Positions 1-9,799 of a DNA stretch of 41,829 bases are shown here, one piece after another. A program made the position numbers and the translations under genes. This DNA is from Octopus bimaculoides. Its lineage: Eukaryota. The stretch lies in contig NC_068983.1 of assembly GCF_001194135.2 (NCBI RefSeq), positions 89,030,788 through 89,072,616 of the forward strand. The letters are read 5' to 3'. Positions within the stretch are counted from its first letter, which is position 1. The number at the start of each line of letters is the position of its first letter. Below the pieces are notes generated by a model that worked only from the letters and a program-made list of their open reading frames with translations, was not told where the DNA came from and searched no databases.

Positions 1-103
1 ATATATAGTGCATGTGTTTTTATTGGATAAACTGGCAACATGACCATCCCCAAATACAACAATATCTGTTTCAACACACGATTTCACATCAAGAATCTTG
101 TAA

Positions 104-109
<6 letters not shown>

Positions 110-140
<31 letters not shown>
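110..140. repeat. (TA)n microsatellite, representative of many others (16674-16712, 31425-31500, 34168-34210, ~38025, ~41403); (CA)n at 2240-2480 and 12958-13010; (CT)n at 33465-33510
   Basis: Read directly from the sequence. Confidence 0.95.
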
Positions 141-143
<3 letters not shown>

Positions 144-339
144 AAATCTCTGAACAAGGTATTAACAGTAACTGCACGACAACGTGAAGTATATTTGCCA
201 CTTAAATGTGGCTGAACCCTAAGGGTAGATGTTACTGTTGCTTTTAACCCCAGGAGAACATCTCCTCCAGCTGGCTATTGACACACATCTGTGTCCCGTC
301 TGTATTTGCAAAGGGAAGTCATCCTTCCCATCTTGATCT

Positions 340-398
340 GCGATACGTACGGATTCGCGTTTCTGAGTATTTACCCGTCCTCAGCGTACAACAATCGC
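340..398 (-). ncRNA. Inverted second copy of the same hammerhead motif, partly degenerate
   Basis: The minus strand reads GCGAT TGTT GTACG CTGAGGA C GGGT AAAT ACTC A GAAA C GCGA ATC CGTAC GT ATCGC. Stem I is perfect, but stem III has a C.A mismatch and the triplet is ATC. Confidence 0.7.
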
Positions 399-477
399 TT
401 TTTCGAGATCAGTGAATATTTTCACTGGAAAAAGTATATACGAATTTGCATCAGAACATCTTTCGCATCAAAAATCG

Positions 478-536
478 GCGATTGTTGTACGCTGAGGACG
501 GGTAAATACCCAGAAACTCGAGTCCGTGCCTATCGT
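478..536 (+). ncRNA. Minimal type-I hammerhead ribozyme motif (PLE-type)
   Basis: Stem I GTACG(487-491)/CGTGC(525-529), extended by GCGAT/ATCGT. Core CTGAGGA(492-498). Stem II GGGT-AAAT-ACCC closed by a C.A mismatch. GAAA(513-516). Minimal stem III C-TCGA-G (palindrome CTCGAG). Cleavage triplet GTC(522-524). Confidence 0.8.
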
Positions 537-1014
537 AGATCAAGATGGGAAGGATGACTTCCCTTTGCAAATACAGACAGGACACAGATGTGTGTCAATA
601 GCCAGCTGGAGGAGATGTTCTCCTGGGGCTAAAAGCAACAGTAACATCCACCCTTAGGGTTCAGCTGCATTTAAGTGGCAAATATACTTCACGTTATATA
701 TATATACATATATATATGAATACATACATACATACATGCATACATATAAGAGAGAGAGAGAGAGAGAGTTCACTTCAAACTCTACTAATGGCAGCACATT
801 GAATAATGCTGCATGGATACATTTAACCAGGATGAAATCTTAACGTAGCTAAACCTGTAGGATGAAAATGGACACCACATAACAAGATATCCATGCTGCA
901 GAAACATATGTTGAATGGTGGCTTAAAGAGAATATATTGTATAAAAGACTGTAACAATAAAAAATTGTGTAGATGCATAATTCTCCATCTTTATTTTAAT
1001 GTCTTGTCCTGACT

Positions 1015-2045
1015 GACCCCAGACCTATATGGTTGGTTCTTAGACAACTGTATTGAGACTACCTCCTCCCATGAACAACTCACTAATTTCATCTCTTTCA
1101 TTTCTGCTTTTCATTCTTCCCTTGATTTTACCTCTGTCATCTTCAACACTTCTGTCAACTTTCTGTTCATCTCTCTCTCTACTGATTCTCTCATCCACTC
1201 TCTTACCACTTCTGCCTTCTTCAAAACTATTGACTCCCACTTGTACCTCAACTTTTCCTTTTCCCACCCCTTCCACACAAAACAGGCCATTTCCTACTTC
1301 CAATTTTTCCATCTCCAGGATTTTGAGACTCATTCTCAATACTTAGCCCATCCGGTCACTTGTTGTGGATATCCCTTCACCTTTGTCCAAGCTGCCCTAC
1401 CTGTACCCACTGAGGCTGATCACACCTCGGGCCTCTCTCCTTCCCCACACCTGTCTTCCAACTGCATCACCTTTCCCCTCCTTTTCCACCCCTATTCCTT
1501 ACCCCTTTATCAGAAAATCTTACGGGCCTTCTGCCATCACCAATGTGATCCTACCACCATCTGTTTTCACCAGTTACCTCTCTCCTCCTTCAAACATGCC
1601 CATAACCTATTTAACTTACTGGTCCATAGCTTCCTCCTCCCCCCAACTCCCATCCATCCTGAATCCTTCCCTTGCTCCAGACCCTGTTTCCACACTTGTC
1701 CCTTCATCACCAACACCACCTTCCTCACTGGAACCAACCAACATATTATTCATATCTGGTGGCTCTTTCTCTTGTATCTCTTGTAACACCATCTATTGCC
1801 TGAAATGTACCCTTTGCAACTCGTTATAGGTTGGTTAGCTTGAGTGTCATGTAGCCAATAGATTTACAAAACATTTAAGAGATATCCACCTCCCCCTGCC
1901 ACCTGTCACTTTTGCTCAACCAACCACTCCGAACACCTGTCTTCAACCTGACCTTATACCATGGAACTACCACCATTAGATTTCGCCAAGAACAGTGCTA
2001 CATTTTCACACTATGAATTGTTTGGACTTGACACTTCACTCCTTC
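1015..2045 (+). mobile_element. Penelope-like retroelement remnant (Neptune-like): RT C-terminus, thumb/linker and GIY-YIG endonuclease
   Basis: The frame from 1019 reads PDLYGWFLDNCIETTSSHEQLTNFISF (degenerate YIDD) ...FKTIDSHLYLNFSFSHPFHTKQAISYFQF...CGYPFTFVQAAL...FPCSRPCFHTCPF. After a frameshift it reads GSFSCISCNTIYCLKCTLCNSL*VG*LECHVANRFTKHLRDI, matching the recalled PLE GIY-YIG pattern (IYCxxCxxCxxxYIGET..L..RF.EH). Confidence 0.85.
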
Positions 2046-2687
2046 CTGAAACAGCTTCCACTTTCATTTTCTTTTTTTATCATTTTATTTTATTTTAATT
2101 TTAATTTTTTGATTTATCTTCCACATACCCATATACATAACTTACACCCCCCCCCCCCACACACACACCACATACATGTCCCATACACACATTTCCATAT
2201 CTTAGTATGTACAAAAAGTCTTCACCCACAGCGACACACACATACACACACACACACACACATGCAGACACATATGCATATACACACAGGCCCATGTACA
2301 CACATAAATACATTCATACACATGCAGCAACACCCATGCACTCACACATGTATCACCTTGCCTCAACCACACATCCATCCACCACTAAATCTTACACTCC
2401 CTCACATACACATCACTCATATAAACACAAACATACATGCACACAGATACTCACAGACACACACACACACACACACAAGCATGCACATGCACGCACACAC
2501 TGGCCATTTTTGTACTCTTCTGCCTTCAAAAACCACTTTCACTATCTCTTTCTACTTCCAGTCAGTTATTTTTTGGCCATGTAACAATACACACGTTTTT
2601 CAGAAACAAAGACAGAAACAATGATGATGATCATGATGTTCCTACTTAATTGTATTTTCAGTTACCTGGGTATATATTAATTCTATT

Positions 2688-2895
2688 TATCTTTTACTTG
2701 TTTCATTCACGGGACTGCAGCTATACTGAGACACCACCTTCAAGGATTTTAAGCAAACAGATCGGCCCTAATACGTATGTTTTAAGCCTGGCTCTAATTC
2801 AGTTGGTTCTGTTGCCAAACTGCTAAGTTAGAGGACTGTAAACAAATTGACACCAGTTGTTAAATGGAGCAGGGAACAACACAAAAACACACACA
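2688..2895 (-). mobile_element. SINE 3' half
   Basis: Reverse complement resembles the tail of the SINE at 19583-19956 (...CTGCAGTC...ACAAGTAAAAGATA). Confidence 0.6.
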
Positions 2896-2928
2896 TGTAT
2901 GTGTGTGTGTGTGTGTGTAGTTATATAT

Positions 2929-3545
2929 CACCATCATCATCATCATTTAATATCTATTTTCCATGCTAACATGAGTTGGACAGCTTGACAGAAAATGGCA
3001 AAGCCAGGGGCCACACCAGACTCCATAGCCTGTTTTGACTTGGTTTCTATGGCTGGATGCCTTTCCTGACACCAACCACTTTACAAGAATGTACTAGGTG
3101 ATTTTTATATGGCACCAGCACCCACACAAATGCTTTTTATGTGGCACCTTAGTTTTTAGGATCTTAATTCTGTTGTGGTGGGCAGGTCTTCCTGAGTACA
3201 GCAATGTACCACATATCTTTGTCCTCCATCATCTCCTTCATAAGGCTCAGTATCTTGAGATAAGCCTTCAATACTTCATCCCATGTCTTCCTAGGTCTCC
3301 CCCTCTTCCACAACTTCCCTCCACTTTAAATGATCAACACTCCTTTATGCAACTATCCTCATCCATCCACACCATGTGACCATACCAGAGGAGTCTCCTC
3401 TCTTGCACACAGCATATAATACCTCTTATGCCCAACTTCTTTCTCAATACACCAATGCACTGTTGCATATGCACACTGACATCGCACATCCAGTGGAGCA
3501 TACCAACTTTATTCCTCTCCATCCTTGGGCTCCCACACAGTTTCT
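2929..3545 (-). mobile_element. RTE-clade LINE, 3' fragment
   Basis: (CAT)n tail and TTTCCATGCTAACATG terminus. RT C-terminal peptide LHWMCDVSVH...VQERRLLWYGHMVWMDEDSCIKEC in ORF 3334-3570. Confidence 0.85.
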
Positions 3546-3559
3546 GTCTACCAAATTCA

Positions 3560-3680
3560 CTCACAAGCATTGTCAGCCTGGGGCTATAGTAGAAGACACT
3601 TGCCCAAGGGGCTTCACAGTGGGAATGAACCCAAAACCATGTGGTTGCAAAGCTAGCCTTTTAACCACACAGCCATACCA
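3560..3680 (-). mobile_element. tRNA-derived SINE head
   Basis: Reverse complement GGCTGTGTGGTTAAAAGG...GGGTTCATTCCCACTG...CTTGGGCAAGTGTCTTCTACTATAGCC matches the head of the 19583 copy. Confidence 0.75.
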
Positions 3681-5040
3681 GTGCATGTGTGAATAATGTC
3701 TATACAATAGCCATCCAATTAACAAGATGGACACTCTCTTTTGATTATTTGTTCATTTTCACTAGTCCCAGGTAAGCTCTGAATAAACAGACTTCAAAAG
3801 CATTCTAGTGATATTGTCATATAGAAGGGGGTAGCTTCTGCCCGTGAAGAGAGCAGTGCCATCAGTATATTCTGTATCTGTTATTTTTGTGGTAGGGTGA
3901 CAAGAGAAGGTAGATTTTGTTACACAGATACATATATATACATGATACAAATTAGATATTTTTTCAAATGCAGAATTGCCATTAGAACAGCAGAAATACT
4001 GGGTACATTACCCTTAAAAAGTGGAAAAATTTGTCAACAACCAGCCATGGGACTTGGTAATGGTGACTACAGTGAGATGCATATGGAAAAAGTTCTTGGA
4101 ACTGAGTAGCATACTTTTGAGTACTAATAGACTGTCACTGTGACTGAAGGAAATGATGTATGTTGCATGTGTGGAGAGTGCTTATGATTTATAAGAGTGA
4201 GACATGAGTAATGAACACAAAGTAGCAGCAGAGAAGGCTCTAAAGAACAGAAACTAGACTGATTCAGTGGATGAGAGAAGGGAAAAAGAGTGAGTTGGGA
4301 ATAGAACCAGTGATGGATCTTGTGAAGAGAAATGGAACAAGATAGCTTGATCATATGCTGAAAAAGTCTGNNNNNNNNNNTAGCAGAAAGGGAAAGGCTA
4401 AGTAAGACATGGCTAAAGTTGATGGTGGAGGAAATAAAGGCAGGGGGTTGGTTAAGGGCCTGCAAGGCTTAAACTTCCAATTTAGTAGGGAAAATATGCT
4501 TGGTATATTTTGTTATTGTGAAACTTATGTAAATATTTCATTCCTCTAATAGTACTGTTATTCAGAAAGGCATGAATATCTTGCAATCTTTTAAATCAGA
4601 GGCCCTATACATCTATAAGACATGAACGTTATTATTAAAACTATTTAGAATGTGATAAGATTGTTGGGATTTATATTAGTGTTCAAGTTTCATCCACTCA
4701 TCCCTCCCACTCCCCTCATTGTCCAGGATAGATAGAATTTGTACCAGTAATATATTGGTTTAATTCAATCTATTTTTTTTTCTTTAAATATACTTTGTGT
4801 CCAGTCAAAAGGAATTAGGTTGTTGATATGGTCCAGTAGTGCTAACAGTTATCATTAGAGCTACTTTTGTTGTTACCTCTAATACAATTGAGATTCTTCT
4901 CCACATTTTGGTTTCATTAATATTTGTGTTTTATGACAGGAACTTTGATGTTGGAATCTATATGACTTTACTAATAACCTTGGGAAAGACAAACTTCACA
5001 ACCTCCTGTTCTCTCTCCCTTCTAGATATTTTATCTCATT

Positions 5041-6023
5041 CCAGGGTGAAAAACTTGAGGTAGTCGATAGCTTCCGCTATCTGGGCGACCAAGTTAGTAG
5101 TGGGGGTGGGTGCGCTGAAAGTGTAGCTGCTAGAATAAGAATAGCCTGGGCAAAGTTTAGAGAGCTCTTACCTCTGCTGGCGACAAAGGGACTCTCACTC
5201 AGAGTAAAAGGCAGACTGTATGATGCATGTGTACGAACAGCCATGCTACATGGCAGTGAAACATGGGCTGTAACTGCTGAGGACATGCGTAAGCTCGCAA
5301 GGAATGAAGCCAGTATGCTCCGTTGGATGTGTAATGTCAATATGAATACCNNNNNNNNNNNNNNNNNNNNNNNNNNNNNNNNNNNNNNNNNNNNNNNNNN
5401 NNNNNNNNNNNNNNNNNNNNNNNNNNNNNNNNNNNNNNNNNNNNNNNNNNNNNNNNNNNNNNNNNNNNNNNNNNNNNNNNNNNNNNNNNNNNNNNNNNNN
5501 NNNNNNNNNNNNNNNNNNNNNNNNNNNNNNNNNNNNNNNNNNNNNNNNNNNNNNNNNNNNNNNNNNNNNNNNNNNNNNNNNNNNNNNNNNNNNNNNNNNN
5601 NNNNNNNNNNNNNNNNNNNNNNNNNNNNNNNNNNNNNNNNNNNNNNNNNNNNNNNNNNNNNNNNNNNNNNNNNNNNNNNNNNNNNNNNNNNNNNNNNNNN
5701 AATGTGCTGTGCGTGAGAAGACCTGGCAAGCCAAGTAAGATCGTTGCCAGTGCCCCTGGACTGGCTCTTGTGCGGGTGGCACATAAGATGCACCATTTTG
5801 AGCGTGGCCATTGCCAGTATCGCCTGACTGGCCTTCGTGCAGGTGACACGTAAAAGCACCTACTACACTCTCTGAGTGGTTGGCGTTAGGAAGGGCATCC
5901 AGCTGTAGAAACTCTGCCAAATTTAGATTGGAGCCTGGTGTTGCCATCCAGTTTCACCAGTCCTCAGTCAAATCGTCCAACCCATGCTAGCATGGAAAGT
6001 GGACATTAAACGATGATGATGAA
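5041..6023 (+). mobile_element. RTE-clade LINE, 5'-truncated, spanning an assembly gap
   Basis: QGEKLEVVDSFRYLGDQVSSGGGCAESVAARIRIAWAKFRELLPLL...RLYDACVRTAMLHGSETWA. 3' UTR ends CCCATGCTAGCATGGAAAGTGGACATTAAACGATGATGATG. Confidence 0.92.
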
Positions 6024-6024
6024 G

Positions 6025-6455
6025 TGCAAAGAATGTAGTCCACACAGATAAGAAATAAAAATGATGCAAGACATGTCTTGCAAGACATCTGCATTGATGT
6101 TGAAGAAGTCAATGTCTTCATCAGGTGATCACACTTAAGCTCTTGTGTTTTTGTAAAAAAATCATAACTGCACTGCTGCTACTACCACATGAGGGCACCT
6201 CAAAAATTTGCTCCATTTTACTTTGAAGGAGAGAATTGAAGGCTTTTTGAGAAATCCATAAATAGTCCAAGACTGCTTGAAGGTTTTTAACCCTGACTTC
6301 ATCAATGGTTCTTCTAACTGTTAAGATCTGTCCAAAAGTAGACCTATCTTTTCCTGAAACCATTTAGGTTTTTTAACCAGACCTTCACAAGTTCTAGCTG
6401 TGTACAGCTGCATGTGGTTGAGCAACAGGTTGTTGTAGATTTTTATGGTTACTAG
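6025..6455 (-). mobile_element. Older LINE RT fragment (a different RTE-like family)
   Basis: Minus strand gives KIYNNLLLNHMQ...GKDRSTFGQILTVRRTIDEVRVKNLQAVL...KAFNSL...KMEQI, followed by a degenerate GVLQGDTLAP/DY motif near 6030-6090. Confidence 0.7.
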
Positions 6456-6567
6456 TGTCAGGATGATAAAATAAATTTTAAGAATATTCTGTAACCAATT
6501 TATTTATATTATCTTGAAGGGAGAAACAACAACAACAACAACAACCGCCACCACCACCACCACCACC

Positions 6568-6601
6568 ACAATTGTCAAATTGATTCCAATTTGACAATTG
6601 T
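6568..6601. repeat. Perfect hairpin, 15-bp stem with 4-nt loop
   Basis: ACAATTGTCAAATTG-ATTC-CAATTTGACAATTGT, directly after (AAC)n/(CAC)n tracts. Confidence 0.9.
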
Positions 6602-7752
6602 TATCCACATTTCTAAGTATTATAAAACATTTTATTGAAGAACAAAAATTTACTCAGAGAAGTAAATCACAATCCTGTGATGATGGTGAAAATAAAGTCA
6701 AAAAGAAATATAAGATATGATACATTTTGGGGTAATAACAATGAAAGCATTTTTTTATTTTTATTTTCTCTCTCTGATCATTGATGAAACTTCTTATGGT
6801 AATGTAAAACGAATTAATGAATGTCTTTAAAATGCAGCAATTTTTTATTAGTATCAGAATACTTTCCATACCAGATCAGACAGCAATAAATATCACCAAG
6901 AGAGAACAACAATTCTAAGCTAATGACTGATGTGATCTATCCCAAAAGCATGTTAAGTGCTGTTCAGTACATAGATCATTGAGAGAGAACATCACAGAAG
7001 TCACATCAAATATACGACACGATAAGTAGAGAAGTCATTTCATATTGTAATGTCTTCTTCAAAACAGTTGTGTCACAGCAGCTACATATAACAGAATATA
7101 AACTTCAAAGAAGAAACCAAACAAAAATATTCATGATGTGTGCTGTTATGAAATGTCAGTTTGTGAGAAATATGAAGAATCAGATGAGAAAGCTAGATTC
7201 TTTTCAGTTAAGAATAAAGTTATTTTACACAGTAACCAATAATCTAACAACATCAGCAACACAGAACTTTATGAAAAGAGAGGCAGCTGCCACCTGAGCT
7301 TTGACTTTATGACTCGTAAACTGGCATTTCTTAGGATACATCATTTGAATCAGCTGTATAGCTGAATATTTTGAAGAAGCAAGTTTAAAAATCTCATTGT
7401 CAAATACCTGTTTGTCTCTGAGTGACTCTATAAAATGACCTCACTGCTATCAGAGGTTACCAAAAATTACAAATAATTTGGATGCCCTCAGAAAATGTAA
7501 ATTATTGCAAGAAATATTGTAGAAATGTTTGTAAATTCTAAAGGAAATTGCTATGGCATGCAGTACTGTTAATAATGATAATTCTCTGTTAATGTATAAG
7601 GGTAGGGCTAAACACAAGTACATGAGTTGTACTTATTTTTTTTACCACTGAAAGTCAAGAGTTGATCCTTGTAGACTTTGAACACAAGACAAGACTAAAT
7701 ACTCTGTAAGAATTTATTCCAACTTTCTACCATTTCTCTCAAATCCACACTC

Positions 7753-7796
<44 letters not shown>

Positions 7797-7805
7797 ACAA
7801 CAACA
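7753..7805. repeat. (TAG)~14 plus (AAC)n microsatellite adjoining the exon C donor
   Basis: Read directly from the sequence. Confidence 0.95.
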
Positions 7806-7811
7806 ACTTAC

Positions 7812-7916
7812 ATTGAGAATGACATCATTATAACCAGTTGGGATGGACATCAGCATTGCAACATATTTTTCAGCCATGCGTGAAAATAGCAGTTCTTTGC
7901 TTTGATGCATAGTAGG
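7812..7916 (-). CDS. FAM227B: Host gene exon C, FAM227/FWWh-domain protein (105 nt, phase 0-0)
   Basis: Acceptor tttcttttcttttctatttacag, donor gtaagt. Encodes PTMHQSKELLFSRMAEKYVAMLMSIPTGYNDVILN versus recalled human FAM227B [34 protein letters not shown]. Assignment to paralogue A versus B is not certain. Confidence 0.85.
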
Positions 7917-8819
7917 CTGTAAATAGAAAAGAAAAGAAACAATCTCTAATTATGCAGTACAAAACATTAACTACAACCTATTTGGTGCTAAAGAAAAACA
8001 ACACTAAGTGATGCTGTAGCACTTGTTAAGACATTTAGAACCATATTGTTACTAAACTAAGTAATCTGTTGGAAGACCTGTCTACACTATTGTTGGGTCA
8101 TTTTCCTCAGCTATGGTGGCAATAGCATCATCATCATAATCAGAAATGTCATTTTGATGTTCATTTTCCAACACTGATGTGAGTAGGATGGATTTGCATC
8201 ATGTTAACTTATCTGCAAAGTTCAATGTTCTCAGCTCTGACCAAGGTACATGATCCCATGTCATCCTCTATCAAGAATGTCTTCCACCACCAAATGATTT
8301 CATCTGTATCATTCCTGTTAAATTACATAACAACACCAATGTAGTTGTCACTAAACAACAATGATCTACTTTACCATCTCACTTGCACTTTTCTCTCTTA
8401 ACATTGCACAACTACTTGGTATTTTTATGCAAAGTTTAATCCTTCACAGGTTTAATGATTGACTATTTATTTCAATTATTATTTCTTACTTTTCTTATAA
8501 TTAACGAAACTAGCACATTTCTTATTATATGTTTCAGAAAGGATTGGTATGTTGTAAATAATGGCTTTTATTTATTTATTTAATTTTAAAAATCCTATGT
8601 ACCTTTTTCTTTTCTATAGTTGGCTGTCACCATAGCAAAATAAACTATATATTTTCTTAAACCTCTACAACTCAATTATGTTTAAATTCTGAGATAATGA
8701 GTGCTTTTAAGGTTTGATTTATTAAGATTCCCATATTTAATATGTAACTGAAACTGACCTTTACAATGTTCCTATTAAATAATATGGAAATTACAGCAGG
8801 ACAGAAAATTCTCACAGAT

Positions 8820-9045
8820 CATCATTATCATCATCTTTAGTTAATGTCCATTTTCCATACTTGCATGGGTTGGACTGTTTGACTGAAAACTGGCAAGCTG
8901 GGGAGCTACACCAGATTCCAATCTGATTTGATATGGTTTCTATGGTTGGATGCCCTTCCTAATGCCAGCCACTCCAAAAGTGTAGTGGGTGCTTTTTACG
9001 TACCACCAGCATGGTTGCTAGTTATGCAGCACTGGCAACCATGAA
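8820..9045 (-). mobile_element. RTE 3' tail (short copy)
   Basis: ATCATTATCATCATC...TTTTCCATACTTGCATGGGTTGGAC...GGATGCCCTTCCTAATGCC is the reverse complement of the 5860-6023 tail. Confidence 0.85.
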
Positions 9046-9171
9046 AAACATAAAACAAACTGACAGAGGAGACTTATTATTTCTTTATTTTCATGTTTTT
9101 TGTGTGTTTTATGTTTATTTGTAAGGTCATAAGTTCTTCAAACTTTACCAAAGTCAATGACAGATATCAAG

Positions 9172-9590
9172 TTATCATCATTATTGTTTAACATGCATTT
9201 TCCATGTTGTCTTAGGTTGGATGGTTCAACAGGAACCAACAAGCCAGAAAACGGTGCTGAATTCCTAAATATATATTTTGGTAAGGTTTCTATGGCTGCC
9301 TACCCTTCCTGATGTCAAACACTTTATAGAAAGCACTAGGTGCCCTTTTTGTGGCACTGGCACTGGCACTCATAAGGTTACCAAGTGCTCACAAGACAAG
9401 ACCCCTTCAACTGAGTGGGTTCTAGTATTGAAGGAGGTGTAAGTATGAAAGAGGGACAGGAACAGGTGTTTTCCTAAAAAGGGGATATATGGCTTCCCCA
9501 GCTGGAGACAGAAACATTGAGAGTGTACCTTCAAGGTACAAGGTGAATATGAGAGGCAGGAAGGTGAATATAAGAGGAACAGAAAGTTCT
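9172..9590 (-). mobile_element. RTE 3' tail/UTR copy, diverged
   Basis: ATCATCATTATTGTTTAACATGCATTTTCCATG...GGTTTCTATGGCTG...CCCTTCCTGATG...GGTGCCCTTTTTGTGGCACTGG. The inner boundary is approximate. Confidence 0.65.
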
Positions 9591-9799
9591 CACAAATGTA
9601 GATTATATTTTTTTCCTGCTTCTGTAGTTGCATTATAGGAATTTGATATTTCACTATTCATTCTAGTCTTTAAAGTGTACATTTGCCCCACATAGGTGGT
9701 TTGAGAATCTGTTCATATATCTGTGCTGCCCAGAGACAAAAGAACAGTGGGTGGGTAAGTAGGTAAGTTCACGATAATGTTTAAGCAGTTTTACAGTTA

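Larger units (their letters stand above)
141..695. mobile_element. Fold-back element with 218-bp inverted arms (181-398 / 478-695) carrying hammerhead ribozyme motifs; probable Penelope-like pseudo-LTR or retrozyme insertion in a (TA)n tract
   Basis: AACGTGAAGTATATTTGCCACTTAAATG... at 181 is the reverse complement of ...CATTTAAGTGGCAAATATACTTCACGTT ending at 695. Complementarity continues inward to CAATCGC(398)/GCGATTG(478), leaving a 79-bp spacer. An unpaired 40-nt extension lies at 141-180. TA repeats flank both sides. Confidence 0.85.

Noticed and set aside
1995-2649. His/Thr-rich long ORFs (also 12164-12600, 18297-18495, 33327-33710, 41388-41678)
   Set aside because: These are translations of CA/GT/CT microsatellite or low-complexity DNA.
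3990-4100. Minus-strand open frame FQELFPYASHC...VPWLVVDKFFHFLR resembling [10 protein letters not shown]
   Set aside because: Exon C already supplies that segment with a much better match, and the acceptor is poor.
5077-5947. Long ORFs across 5351-5700 (also 37943-38353)
   Set aside because: These are artefacts of N-gaps translated as X.
6601-6609. TTATCCACA, a bacterial DnaA box
   Set aside because: A single chance 9-mer in eukaryotic DNA.
7294-7353. Possible next FAM227 exon, LIQMMYPKKCQFTSHKVKAQ (phase 0-0, minus strand)
   Set aside because: Weak acceptor and donor (gtggca). The similarity to the expected YPxxLAQAxY/FP segment is out of register.
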